Below, in pieces: positions 50,711-60,640 of a stretch of DNA of 64,000 bases. Numbering within the stretch: position 1 is the first letter of the stretch; each line of letters opens with the position of its first letter. Source of the DNA: an uncultured Christensenellaceae bacterium (GTDB lineage: Bacteria; Bacillota; Clostridia; Christensenellales; CAG-1252); assembly GCA_964391805.1 (NCBI GenBank), contig CAYMNK010000003.1:11362-75361 (forward strand), given 5' to 3'. Both the position numbers and the translations under genes were made by a program. Under the pieces are notes generated by a model. The model saw nothing but the letters and a program-made list of their open reading frames with translations, did no database searches and was not told the DNA's origin.

Positions 50711-50740
50711 AAAAAGGGACCTAATTAAAAGTCCCTTTTA
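50711..50740 (-). terminator. Intrinsic terminator after the large lipoprotein gene
   Basis: AAAAAGGGAC...GTCCCTTTT inverted repeat. Confidence 0.75.
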
Positions 50741-50765
50741 ATACTATTCTTATTTAAATGTTTAA

Positions 50766-53528
50766 TTACTCAGCATCGGAAGATGATGAAACTCCAAGCT
50801 TTTGGAGAACCACTTTCTCTATTACATCGAGCAAATCATCTATGGTTATTGTTGCTTCTTCCTCTAAGATACTTGCATTATCCGCAACCTCTACTGCCTC
50901 ACCCCAACTATTGAGTGTAATCTTTACCGATACAGAGGTCTCATCGTTAGGAATTTTCCAGCCGAAATCAACGCCTGCAATAAATGTCTTGACGCCGAAG
51001 CTTGTAACAAGTTCGTTGCTCTTATTGAAAAATGCATTTCCTCCGTTCAACTTGATTTCAACTCCATTGAGATTTAACGTAATCTCGCCGCTCTTTTCGC
51101 CTGTAACATCATATGTACCGGAGAAAGTATATACCGAGCCATTAGAAGTCAATTCAGCAACTAAGGATTTTGCTTGAACGTCCAATACGACGTCGGCATA
51201 TTCTTTGCCATCAATTGTAAAGTTCAAGGTTGCTTTGTGCTCGGATTCCCATCCGGAAATATCAAGAACAGCCTTGTATAACTTTTCGCCAACGTTTACA
51301 TCGAGTACGATTTGTCCTTCTTCGAACTTGCTTCCGTCCAACTTAACGATAACTGTCTGAGATTTAGCTTCAACCTTGACATAGAGCATCTTCTCATAGT
51401 CGCCATGGTTATAATTGATGTAAATCTTAGGAGCAGTGTCATCTAATTGACCGATTTCGGGAATAAATGTGAGATAATCTTCGATAAGTTTAATAACCTC
51501 GTTATATCTTTCATAATCAAGATTGATCTCGATATAACTATCTAAGATGTTACCTTCTACGATCTCATAAGAAAAGGTTCCGTTCTTTTCCCAATTTTCG
51601 ATAAGGTCCTTAGCAGCGTCTACTATGCCAAACGCATTCGTAATGGTGTTAATATCGAATCCACCGTCTTCTGCGGCAGAGATCGAATCGGGATTTTCAT
51701 CAGGTATTTGTTCGGTAGGACCAAATTCGGCAATCAAACCTTTGATGTAACTGATGATAGGTGTAAAGATGGAATCTTCGGATTCAAGAACCATTCTATA
51801 GATATAAGTTAATGATTCGTATCCACTGAGTGCAAGCTCGTTTACCGTGGTATGGATAACCATTTCACCGCACTTTACGTGAACACCGCCGTCAATAGGT
51901 GTAATTCTACCGCTTAAGAATTCAGCATCACCCTTATTGGTTACGAAGGTTATAACGCTACCACTAATGTTGAAAGGATTAACATCGGATACGATCTCTG
52001 TAACATATTTCTCCTCGTTTACAGTTGTTTCTAATGTAATACTTGCGTTCAACGGACTGAAATATTCATATTCAGCGAAAGAAGGAAGTATGTTCGTCTT
52101 ATCTTGTAAGCCTACGTTAAAATTCTTGATACCGATTGCAACATTGATAGGTCCATAAACCTTCGCTTCGGCATCTTCAGCATTAAAGCGGAAATCCTTT
52201 ACGCCACAATTGTAGCTGACTTCGATATCGCTAAGTAAGCCGTCTTCACTTACTACAGCCGTAATTAGCAACGTACCGCCAACACCTTGGAAGGTGGATA
52301 GATTGAGTTGATTAAGTGGTGCGGGAAGGGATTGAAAGATATTGATACCGTCAATAATAAAAGCGAAGTCACTAACTATCCCATCAAGCAAACTATCTAT
52401 ATCGATCAAAACTTGATATCTGGTTCCGTTATCAACTTCCTTTTCTGATACAGTGGGAACAACTTGATTTAAAAGACTGCTAACTATACCCGAAATTGAC
52501 ATACCGGAAATTTGAACATCGGCAAACAAATCTGTGAGCTTCGATATTTTCATCTCATAGAAAGGTGCATCCTCAGAACCGGAAATAACTTCACCTGCAC
52601 CGGGGTTACTACCGGACTGAATCATTTCGATAATTTGGAGTACGATAGCATTAATATCGGCATAATCAATGTAGTACTTATACTCACCTGCATTGAGATA
52701 TAGTTTTGTATCTTCCTTATTTTCGGCACCTTCGTAGTACAAACCGCCCAAAACATTGTTATTAGCATCAACTGCCTCGATTGCGGCAAAGGTATCCTTT
52801 GCGGATAAACCGAATTGACCGGCAAGTCTTAAGCCATAGCTTACGCTTTCGTCCATATCGCCGTAATAGAAGTCAAAGTATGCTGTGCCGTCAAAACCGA
52901 TTCCGTTTTCATTGAAATCGGCACCGTCCAAAGCACCTGCCTCAATACTTCTAAACAAAGCATTGATGATAGCGCCCAACATTTCATCGGCATTCATCTC
53001 GCTTTCAAGATCATCATAAACATAACCCGCATAATTACCATTATTAACCGAAGAAGCAGGAATAGAGGTAGAGATTTCGCTCTTATCTGCAAATCTATAC
53101 TTAATAATATAGTTACCGTCCTTAAGTTCTACGTTAAGGGCAGAAACTACGCTTTGATAATTATTAGAACGCAATTTTTCGATAGCTGTCAAAAGGCTGT
53201 TACTCAAATCATTTTCGGAAGCATTATTGACAAGCCAAGCAGAAGCGTAAGAGTCGATAATCTCTTTAACGGCAAGATCTTGCACGGTAGGATCTTTCTT
53301 AGTAGAATCACCCCCTGTAGAGTCACCACCGTTGTTTCCTCCTGTAGAATCACCACCGTTATTTCCACCGGTAGAATCGCCACCGTTGTTTCCACCGGTA
53401 GAATCGCCACCGTTGTTTCCTCCGTCGTCGCCTACAGGATCATTAGGATTATTATTACAAGCCACACATGCAAAACATAGTGTAAATATGAGCATAATGG
53501 CTATTATGACTGTCAAAGTCTTTTTCAT
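50766..53528 (-). CDS. Large acidic lipoprotein of unknown function
   Basis: Start ATG 53528 after GGAGG; lipobox CVA-C; GGNNGGDST repeat linker; beta-rich body. Confidence 0.85.
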   Translation of the reverse strand: MKKTLTVIIAIMLIFTLCFACVACNNNPNDPVGDDGGNNGGDSTGGNNGGDSTGGNNGGDSTGGNNGGDSTGGDSTKKDPTVQDLAVKEIIDSYASAWLVNNASENDLSNSLLTAIEKLRSNNYQSVVSALNVELKDGNYIIKYRFADKSEISTSIPASSVNNGNYAGYVYDDLESEMNADEMLGAIINALFRSIEAGALDGADFNENGIGFDGTAYFDFYYGDMDESVSYGLRLAGQFGLSAKDTFAAIEAVDANNNVLGGLYYEGAENKEDTKLYLNAGEYKYYIDYADINAIVLQIIEMIQSGSNPGAGEVISGSEDAPFYEMKISKLTDLFADVQISGMSISGIVSSLLNQVVPTVSEKEVDNGTRYQVLIDIDSLLDGIVSDFAFIIDGINIFQSLPAPLNQLNLSTFQGVGGTLLITAVVSEDGLLSDIEVSYNCGVKDFRFNAEDAEAKVYGPINVAIGIKNFNVGLQDKTNILPSFAEYEYFSPLNASITLETTVNEEKYVTEIVSDVNPFNISGSVITFVTNKGDAEFLSGRITPIDGGVHVKCGEMVIHTTVNELALSGYESLTYIYRMVLESEDSIFTPIISYIKGLIAEFGPTEQIPDENPDSISAAEDGGFDINTITNAFGIVDAAKDLIENWEKNGTFSYEIVEGNILDSYIEINLDYERYNEVIKLIEDYLTFIPEIGQLDDTAPKIYINYNHGDYEKMLYVKVEAKSQTVIVKLDGSKFEEGQIVLDVNVGEKLYKAVLDISGWESEHKATLNFTIDGKEYADVVLDVQAKSLVAELTSNGSVYTFSGTYDVTGEKSGEITLNLNGVEIKLNGGNAFFNKSNELVTSFGVKTFIAGVDFGWKIPNDETSVSVKITLNSWGEAVEVADNASILEEEATITIDDLLDVIEKVVLQKLGVSSSSDAE
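53302..53424 (-). repeat. 27-nt coding tandem repeat (GGNNGGDST x4)
   Basis: GTAGA(A/G)TC(A/G)CCACCGTT(G/A)TTTCC(A/T)CC repeated with a 27-nt period. Confidence 0.9.
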
Positions 53529-53796
53529 ATTGAGAATTCCTCCATATAAATTTGCGCAAAATACGCACATTACTTTATTATATAATACAACATTTACACC
53601 AAAAAGTCAATACTTGACACCCCTTAGTGTGGTTAGTGGCAATTTGTAAATAAATTGTAAAATAATAAAATATTATATCCTAAAACAAGAAGAAAAGTAG
53701 TGTTTATAGTACATTTATTGGGTACAATTAAGCGTATCAAACAAAGATAAAGTAATTGTTAATATACAATAAGTTAATTTAATAGAATTAAAATAA

Positions 53797-53970
53797 GGAT
53801 TAAGATTCCAATGCTATGCATTGCCCTGCGGGTTCGACTACGGGTTGTCACCCTTCGCTCAGAATGACAAGATAAGACGCTATCGCTTAATTTGGAATAA
53901 GATACCGATGCTCTGGCATCGCTGCTACGCAGTTCGACTTCAGGGCGGTGCCCTTTCGCTCAGTATGACA
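53797..53970. repeat. Two tandem units of the REP-like mosaic element
   Basis: AGATTCCAATGCTATGCATTGCCC..GTTCGACT..CGCTCAGAATGAC and AGATACCGATGC..GCATCG..GTTCGACT..CGCTCAGTATGAC. Confidence 0.85.
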
Positions 53971-54142
53971 TTGATGGTGGAGTTCTTTTCATAACAAAAT
54001 AGCGCGGTATGACGGCAGGCTAATATGATATATATATATTTATCCACAATTTTGCTAAGCAAAATTTCACTGCAACGCAACTTCACCTTTGCGGTAGCAA
54101 AGACTTCTCAGCACGTTAGCGCTCAGTATATCAAATATATAG

Positions 54143-54170
54143 CAAAAAAGCGGTCGATTGACCGCTTTCT
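54143..54170 (-). terminator. Terminator of the alpha operon
   Basis: AAAGCGGTC-GATT-GACCGCTTT with the T tract on the minus strand. Confidence 0.85.
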
Positions 54171-54185
54171 TACCAAATATAGTAA

Positions 54186-54692
54186 TTAAACTAATTCTAC
54201 AACTACTACTTCTGCGTCATCACCGCGTCTTGCACCTAATTTCATAATTCTGGTGTAACCGCCTCCGATTCCGTTTTGTTCGTTGCGTGCTGCATACTTA
54301 GGAGCGTATACGTTGAAGATCTTCTCGATTAAGGGGTGCTTGATGTCGCGGATACGAGCCTTATATGCTCTCTTGCTCTCGCCATCTTCCTTTCTTTCTT
54401 GAATATCATATACGCTAGCCATAATTTTACGTCTTGCAGCTAACTTCTTAGCACCGTCATTGATAAACTCTCTGGTTTCAACTTCGCCCTTGCTGTTTTT
54501 GCATTGCTTTTGAACCTTGACGGTATCAGTGTGGGTATTGATAGCAAGAGTTAAGAGCTTATCAGCCATTCTTGCAACTTCTTTACCTCTCATTAATGTT
54601 GTCTCTATTCTTCCATACCAAAGCAAATCGGTAACCTGACCTTTTAACATTGCCATTCTTTGATCTGTTGGTCTGCCTAATTTTCTTGCCAT
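54186..54692 (-). CDS. rplQ: 50S ribosomal protein L17 (with insertions)
   Basis: RKLGR..DQR, IETT, GGYTRI.KLG.RRGD. Confidence 0.95.
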   Translation of the reverse strand: MARKLGRPTDQRMAMLKGQVTDLLWYGRIETTLMRGKEVARMADKLLTLAINTHTDTVKVQKQCKNSKGEVETREFINDGAKKLAARRKIMASVYDIQERKEDGESKRAYKARIRDIKHPLIEKIFNVYAPKYAARNEQNGIGGGYTRIMKLGARRGDDAEVVVVELV

Positions 54693-54706
54693 TGTCAGCC
54701 TCCTAA

Positions 54707-55663
54707 TTAATCGTCGTTATTACGTAAACTTAATCCCAAATCCTCGAGTTTCTTGATAACTTCATCAAGAGATTTCTTACCGAGATTTCTTACCTTGAGC
54801 ATATCATCCTCGGACTTTCTTGTCAAATCTTCTACGGTTTGAATACCTGCTCTCTTCAAGCAGTTATAGCTACGTACGGAGAGATCAAGGTCCTCGATGG
54901 TCATTTCCATTACCTTCATTTGCTTGTCTTCTTCTTGAGAAACAAGGATGGAAATATCACTCATGGATCCGCACAAATCAACTACCAATTTAGCATGGTC
55001 ATCTAAGATCTTTGCTGCAAGTGAAATGGTTTCCTTTGCAGATACGGTACCGTTCGTTCTTAATTCGATGGTCAATTTATCAAAGTCAATACTTTGACCT
55101 ACACGAGTATCCTCAACCGAGTAGCTGGTCGAAACAACAGGTGTAAATATGCTATCGATGGGTATGTATCCGATAGGTTGCTTATAATCCTTATTCTTAT
55201 CGGCGGGAACGTAACCTCTGCCTACACCGATGTAAAGATCCATTTGTAAATCTGCGCCCTCGTCGAGAGTACAAATATAATGGTCGGGGTTGACAACCTC
55301 TACGTCTAATCCGCATTGAATATCACCGGCGGTAACGGGGCCCGGAGTGTTCTTGGAAATATGAACAATGGGTTTCTCGTTATTATCGATATTTCCGTTA
55401 GCTCTAAAGCATACGCCCTTGATATTTAAGATAATTTCAACAACATCTTCTACAACGCCCGGGATAGTGGAGAATTCGTGTTGAACTCCCTCTATCTTAA
55501 CGCCAACTGCAGCTACGCCGGGAAGCGCAGACAGCAACATTCTTCTTAAAGCATTTCCCAAAGTGATGCCCAAGCCTTTGTCTAACGGCTCGATAATAAT
55601 TTTGGCATAACTCGTATCTTCGCTTTCTTCGGTAATAATCTGTGGTTTTTTGATTTCTATCAT
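54707..55663 (-). CDS. rpoA: RNA polymerase alpha subunit
   Basis: TLGNALRR.LLS, HEFSTIPGV.ED, LSVRSYNCLKRAGI. Confidence 0.98.
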   Translation of the reverse strand: MIEIKKPQIITEESEDTSYAKIIIEPLDKGLGITLGNALRRMLLSALPGVAAVGVKIEGVQHEFSTIPGVVEDVVEIILNIKGVCFRANGNIDNNEKPIVHISKNTPGPVTAGDIQCGLDVEVVNPDHYICTLDEGADLQMDLYIGVGRGYVPADKNKDYKQPIGYIPIDSIFTPVVSTSYSVEDTRVGQSIDFDKLTIELRTNGTVSAKETISLAAKILDDHAKLVVDLCGSMSDISILVSQEEDKQMKVMEMTIEDLDLSVRSYNCLKRAGIQTVEDLTRKSEDDMLKVRNLGKKSLDEVIKKLEDLGLSLRNNDD

Positions 55664-55686
55664 ATATTACCTCCTTGTTTAGGAAA

Positions 55687-56346
55687 TTACTTGGAGTATA
55701 ATTCTACGATCATATGCTCCTTTATTCTGGAATCGATATCTTCCCTTGTAGGTAAGGACAATACTTCGCCCTTTAATGAAACGCGATCGAACGTAACCCA
55801 TGCAGGAAGAGTGGATTTTATTGTTGCTTCCTTCAAAGCCTGGAAGAACTTGTTGTCAGCCTTTTCAGCCTTAACTTCGATCTTATCTCCGGCTTTAATG
55901 AGGTATGAAGGTATATCTACCTTTTTACCGTTTACGGTAATGTGTCCGTGACATACTACCTGTCTTGCTTGCGCTCTCGACGATGCAATGCCCATTTGGA
56001 ATACTACGTTATCTAATCTTCTTTCAATCAAGATAAGCATATTTTCACCGGTGATACCCTTCATGCCTTCTGCTTGCTTATAGTAGCCGTAGAATTGCTT
56101 TTCGAGTAAACCGTAAATTCTCTTACATTTTTGCTTCTCACGAAGTTGTAACGAATAGTCGCTATTCTTTTTTCTTCCGTTTCTTTGGGGTCCCGGAGGA
56201 GTAACTTTGTGATCTTTCTTATCAAACGGACAGAGAGGTTTATTGGAACCGTCTGCTGCTATATTATAACATCTATTACCTTTCAAGTATAACTTTTCGC
56301 CTTCACGACGGCAAAGACGACAACTTGGACCTGTATATTTAGCCAT
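55687..56346 (-). CDS. rpsD: 30S ribosomal protein S4 (Zn-binding type)
   Basis: CRLCRREG, QLREKQK, ERRLDN, IVELYSK. Confidence 0.97.
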   Translation of the reverse strand: MAKYTGPSCRLCRREGEKLYLKGNRCYNIAADGSNKPLCPFDKKDHKVTPPGPQRNGRKKNSDYSLQLREKQKCKRIYGLLEKQFYGYYKQAEGMKGITGENMLILIERRLDNVVFQMGIASSRAQARQVVCHGHITVNGKKVDIPSYLIKAGDKIEVKAEKADNKFFQALKEATIKSTLPAWVTFDRVSLKGEVLSLPTREDIDSRIKEHMIVELYSK

Positions 56347-56360
56347 TTGTTACCTCCAAA

Positions 56361-56750
56361 TTACAATCTTCTCTTCTTGGGGGGACGGCAACCGTTATGA
56401 GCGATAGGAGAGTCATCCTTAATGGATACTACGTTCATATCCTTATTAAGTAAAGCTCTAATTGCGCTTTCTCTACCTTGTCCCGGACCTTTTACGAACA
56501 CTTCAACGTACTTCATTCCACAATCTTTTGCAACGTCAGCTGCGGATTCTGCTACCATTTGAGCAACGAACGGAGTGGACTTCTTACCACCCTTGAATCC
56601 TAACTTACCTGCACTGCACCATGAAACTGCGTTACCGTTCATATCGGTGAAGGTTACTATAGTGTTGTTATAAGAACAACGAATATGACATTGTCCTCTC
56701 TCAACACGGATTTTTTCTTTACGTTTTGAACTATTTTTGTTACCTGCCAT
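56361..56750 (-). CDS. rpsK: 30S ribosomal protein S11
   Basis: NNTIVT, KKSTPF, KGPG.GRE, HNGCRPPK. Confidence 0.97.
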   Translation of the reverse strand: MAGNKNSSKRKEKIRVERGQCHIRCSYNNTIVTFTDMNGNAVSWCSAGKLGFKGGKKSTPFVAQMVAESAADVAKDCGMKYVEVFVKGPGQGRESAIRALLNKDMNVVSIKDDSPIAHNGCRPPKKRRL

Positions 56751-56764
56751 AATTACACCTCCGC

Positions 56765-57133
56765 TTATTTCTTAGAGCGAGATACTGCACGACGCTTGCC
56801 CTTTCTTGTACGAGCATTACGTTTGCTGGATTGACCACGAACAGGTAATCCCTTACGATGTCTAACACCACGATAGCATCCGATTTCTCTCAGACGCTTG
56901 ATGTCCATATCTACTTTACGTTTTAAATCACCTTCTACTGTGAGATGATTTTCAATGTAATCACGAAGTTTGGAAACGTCGGATTCGGTTAAATCCTTAA
57001 CTCTTGTGTCAGGATTAACGCCGGTAGTTTCCAAAATCTTAGTTGCAGTCGTTCTACCGATACCGTAGATGTAGGTCAAACCAATCTCTACTCTCTTTTC
57101 TCTCGGCAAATCTACACCGGAAATACGAGCCAT
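56765..57133 (-). CDS. rpsM: 30S ribosomal protein S13
   Basis: [25 protein letters not shown]. Confidence 0.98.
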   Translation of the reverse strand: MARISGVDLPREKRVEIGLTYIYGIGRTTATKILETTGVNPDTRVKDLTESDVSKLRDYIENHLTVEGDLKRKVDMDIKRLREIGCYRGVRHRKGLPVRGQSSKRNARTRKGKRRAVSRSKK

Positions 57134-57209
57134 TAAATTACCTCCAAATTCTTGTTAAACGTTAATTTTTTGTTTGTTAGTCTTTTGATATAAATCAATC
57201 TATATATAA

Positions 57210-57292
57210 CCAACTGCATAACAAGAGGACAATTAGTGGAAAATAATTGTCCAGCCGCTCTTGCCTCAGTGAATTACAAAAGATGCAAATGA
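57210..57292 (-). promoter_or_regulatory. Structured leader upstream of rpsM (candidate S4 autoregulatory r-leader)
   Basis: Nested stems GCAAGAG/CTCTTGT and GGACAATTA/TAATTGTCC in the 194-nt rpmJ-rpsM gap. Confidence 0.45.
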
Positions 57293-57327
57293 TATTTTAA
57301 CACCAAAAAGAAAATTAAGCAACTATT

Positions 57328-57444
57328 TTAACCTTGTTTTTGCTTATGATTTTTATTTTTGCTGCAAATTACCATTACAATACCATGTCTTCTAATTATT
57401 TTGCAGTTACCACACATGGGTTTTACTGACGGTCTTACTTTCAT
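57328..57444 (-). CDS. rpmJ: 50S ribosomal protein L36
   Basis: Below the ORF-track cutoff; hand translation [38 protein letters not shown]. Confidence 0.96.
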   Translation of the reverse strand: MKVRPSVKPMCGNCKIIRRHGIVMVICSKNKNHKQKQG

Positions 57445-57458
57445 TATACTACCCTCCG

Positions 57459-57680
57459 TTAGTTTGAATTACGCCAAACGATTCTTCCGTTTGTCAAATC
57501 GTATGGACTCAGCTCTACCTTAACGGTATCGCCTTCGATTATTTTTATACTTTTTATTCTCATTTTGCCCGACGGATATGCCGTGATCACGAGACCGTTA
57601 TCCAGCTTAACCTTGTATTTTTGATAAGGCAAAATTTCTACTACTGTACCCGACAATTCGATTACGTCTTCTTTAGACAC
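57459..57680 (-). CDS. infA: Translation initiation factor IF-1
   Basis: [21 protein letters not shown]. Confidence 0.97.
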   Translation of the reverse strand: MSKEDVIELSGTVVEILPYQKYKVKLDNGLVITAYPSGKMRIKSIKIIEGDTVKVELSPYDLTNGRIVWRNSN

Positions 57681-57689
57681 AACTACCTC

Positions 57690-57947
57690 CTATTTGCGGT
57701 AAGGCTTCAAGAACCATACCAAGTCACTATCTAATAAATTACCCTGTTCAAGTTTTTGCTTAGCTTCGGGAAGGCTTTCTCCGATATATCTTAAATGTTT
57801 GGGATTTTTAACTTTGGGATTTTCGAGAGGTCTTCTCTTACCGTCCGCAAGAATTAAATATCCGTTTTTATCATTTATGCCGATGACCATATAAGCCTCG
57901 CCAATATCGTGTCCCGATTTTGAATATACCACGTTACCCGTTTCCAT
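57690..57947 (-). CDS. KOW-domain RNA-binding protein (L14e-like)
   Basis: G.VV.SK.GHD, ADG.RR.LE.PK.KN.KHL; usual map-infA position in Clostridia. Confidence 0.88.
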   Translation of the reverse strand: METGNVVYSKSGHDIGEAYMVIGINDKNGYLILADGKRRPLENPKVKNPKHLRYIGESLPEAKQKLEQGNLLDSDLVWFLKPYRK

Positions 57948-57959
57948 ATTCGACCGCCT

Positions 57960-58706
57960 TTATAATGTCAATATCTCTACGCCGTCGTCCTTGATAAGAA
58001 TGGTATTTTCATAATGCGCCGAGGGAAGCCCGTCTAAGGTTCTTACCGTCCAGCCGTCGTCGTCAAGCGTTACGTCGCGTTTTCCCATATTGATCATAGG
58101 TTCTACGCAGATTGTCATATTGCGCTTAAGTTTGACGCCTCTACCCGCCATTCCGTAATTGGGAACGCTCGGATCCTCGTGCATTTCTCTTCCGATTCCG
58201 TGTCCGACTAATTCGCGTACTACCGAAAATCCGTTTTTTTCGGCGTGCTCTTGTACCGCATGCGATACATCGCCCAACCTAACTCCGTCTTTAACTCCCT
58301 GTATACCTTTGAAGAAACATTCACGAGTTACATCGATAAGACGTTGTTTTTCTTTAGATATTTTACCAACGGCAAACGTTCTTGCCGCATCGCCTATAAA
58401 ACCGTTCTTGCCTGTACAAACATCGATTCCTATTATTTGTCCTTCCTCGAGTATTACCTTTTTACTCGGTATACCGTGGACGATGACGTCGTCTACCGAT
58501 GAGCATATGCTGGCGGGATAACCTTCATAACCCAAGCAGGACGGAATCGCATTTCTTTTCTTTATAAATTCATAAGATAGCCTGTCAAGCTCGTAAGTGC
58601 TGATACCCGGACGGATGTATTCTTCTATATAGAGGAGCAAATCCCTTACCACGGCAGTCGCTTCACGCATCAGCTTGATTTCGGCGTCGGTTTTTATATT
58701 AATCAT
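57960..58706 (-). CDS. map: Methionine aminopeptidase type I
   Basis: HGIP, GHGIG..MHEDP, VEPM, SAHYENT. Confidence 0.97.
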   Translation of the reverse strand: MINIKTDAEIKLMREATAVVRDLLLYIEEYIRPGISTYELDRLSYEFIKKRNAIPSCLGYEGYPASICSSVDDVIVHGIPSKKVILEEGQIIGIDVCTGKNGFIGDAARTFAVGKISKEKQRLIDVTRECFFKGIQGVKDGVRLGDVSHAVQEHAEKNGFSVVRELVGHGIGREMHEDPSVPNYGMAGRGVKLKRNMTICVEPMINMGKRDVTLDDDGWTVRTLDGLPSAHYENTILIKDDGVEILTL

Positions 58707-59329
58707 AATTTTGAAACCATAGCCTTTAGTTCGCTATAAACATCGTCTATGGATTTATCGTTACAGTTAAGGTCGAGTAACAAGCCGTTCTCTCTATAGT
58801 AACCAATCAACGGAGCCGTTTCTTTATAATAGACATGAAGTCTTTTTTGAACGGTTTCGGGATTGTCGTCTGCTCTTTGATACAGCTCATTACCGCACTT
58901 AATACATTTTGTCGCTCCGTTTAGGAACGCTACGTTGTAGGTTTCACCGCAGGTACACATTCTTCTTCCCGAGATGCGATCAACGATCACAGAGTCGTCT
59001 AAGATGAAGTTGATAACTGCGTCAATATCGATATAGTCGGTCAAAGCCTCAGCTTGAGGTACCGTCCTCGGAAAACCGTCAAGGATGAATCCGTTACGGC
59101 AATCATCCTGACTAAGTCTATCCTTAACGAGGTCGATAGTCAATTCGTCGGGAACTAACTCGCCTTTATCGATAAATGCTTTTGCTTTTACACCTAAAGG
59201 AGTTTCACCTTTGATATTGGCACGAAAGATGTCTCCTGTGCTGATATGCGGAAGGTTGAAATCTACTTTAAGTCTACCGGCATGCGTGCCTTTGCCTGCA
59301 CCCGGCGCTCCTAATAGGACAATTCTCAT
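58703..59329 (-). CDS. adk: Adenylate kinase
   Basis: GAPGAGKGT, HISTGD, LDGFPRT, Cys-containing LID. Confidence 0.97.
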   Translation of the reverse strand: MRIVLLGAPGAGKGTHAGRLKVDFNLPHISTGDIFRANIKGETPLGVKAKAFIDKGELVPDELTIDLVKDRLSQDDCRNGFILDGFPRTVPQAEALTDYIDIDAVINFILDDSVIVDRISGRRMCTCGETYNVAFLNGATKCIKCGNELYQRADDNPETVQKRLHVYYKETAPLIGYYRENGLLLDLNCNDKSIDDVYSELKAMVSKL

Positions 59330-59331
59330 AA

Positions 59332-60639
59332 TTAGAGAAGATTCTTTCTGCTTCCGAGGTTCTTCATAGCGAGTTGAGCCTCTAATGTTCTATTGAACTC
59401 GAGTGCTACGCTTACTACGATCAACATACCGGTTGCGGAGAAGGCGTTAACCAATTGACTGCTGTCACTCAATATCGCACTGAACACTAAGCTCGGAATG
59501 AGTGATAATATTGCAAGGAAGATAGCGCCGAAGAACGTAATACGATTATTTACACCGTTGAGGAACTCGGCAGTCTTCTTACCCGGGGAAATACCGCGGA
59601 TAACACCGTCATTCTCTTGAATACGCTTACTGATATCATAGGGGTCGAATTGTATCTTCGCATAGAAGAAGGAGAATCCTAAGATAAGTAATGCCATAAT
59701 TAAACCGTATAACCAAGTACCTACACCGAGATTAGCTGTCCACCAAATGTAAAAACTGTTATTACCGCTGTTGATCATACTACCGATCAATTGAGGGAAC
59801 ATAAGGAAGGAGCTTGCGAAGATGATAGGCATAACACCGCCTGCGTTGATCTTGATAGGTATAACGCTATTGTTTACCATGTAACTTCTGTTACCTCTTT
59901 GCTTATTACCGTAGATAACCTCGATGCGTCTTTCGGACATATCGATGAATACGATGAATAAGAAAACAATAAGTACAACAAGTAAGTATAATAACAATCT
60001 CCAAATGTTAGTAACATCGTTAGAGATGATTCCGATTTCAGAAATGATACCTGTAAAGAATCCGGAAAGAATACCTACGAAGATTATCAAGGAAGTACCG
60101 TTGCCGATACCGTACTCTGTAATTCTATCGGATAACCACATAACGATACAGCTACCTGCGGTGAAGTACAAAATAACGAAGATAACCGTAAATACTTCTG
60201 CTACCTTGCTTTCGCTACCGAACATAACCTTGATGTATCCGCTGTTATTCCAACTGATAACGATACCGATAGCTTGAACGATTGCAAGAAGTATAGTTAC
60301 ATACTTGGTAATTTGTGTGATCTTTTGTCTGCCCTCTTCGCCCTTCTTGGATAATTCTTCGAGAGGCTTGATGATTAGCGTCAATAATTGCATAATAATC
60401 GACGCGTTGATATACGGAACGATACCTAATGAAAACAATGTACCATTAGCCAGTGAACCACCGGTAATAGTGGATAGAATTGACCAAAATTCGTTGTCCA
60501 AGTCTCCCATCAATGACGGATTTAGACCGGGGGTCGGAATGAAGCAACCTATTCTGTAAATTAACAGAATAAGAAGCGTCATAAGCATTTTATTTCTTAT
60601 ATCCTTCGTTTTGAAGGCATCCTTCAGATTTTTAAACAT
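59332..60639 (-). CDS. secY: Preprotein translocase SecY
   Basis: LGIVPYINASII, GIGNGTSL.I, GVMPIIFA; multiple TM helices. Confidence 0.97.
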   Translation of the reverse strand: MFKNLKDAFKTKDIRNKMLMTLLILLIYRIGCFIPTPGLNPSLMGDLDNEFWSILSTITGGSLANGTLFSLGIVPYINASIIMQLLTLIIKPLEELSKKGEEGRQKITQITKYVTILLAIVQAIGIVISWNNSGYIKVMFGSESKVAEVFTVIFVILYFTAGSCIVMWLSDRITEYGIGNGTSLIIFVGILSGFFTGIISEIGIISNDVTNIWRLLLYLLVVLIVFLFIVFIDMSERRIEVIYGNKQRGNRSYMVNNSVIPIKINAGGVMPIIFASSFLMFPQLIGSMINSGNNSFYIWWTANLGVGTWLYGLIMALLILGFSFFYAKIQFDPYDISKRIQENDGVIRGISPGKKTAEFLNGVNNRITFFGAIFLAILSLIPSLVFSAILSDSSQLVNAFSATGMLIVVSVALEFNRTLEAQLAMKNLGSRKNLL

Positions 60640-60640
60640 A

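Noticed and set aside
54040-54048. Single perfect DnaA boxes (also 28050-28058) as a sign of oriC
   Set aside because: Isolated 9-mers, no cluster and no dnaA/dnaN nearby; compatible with chance.
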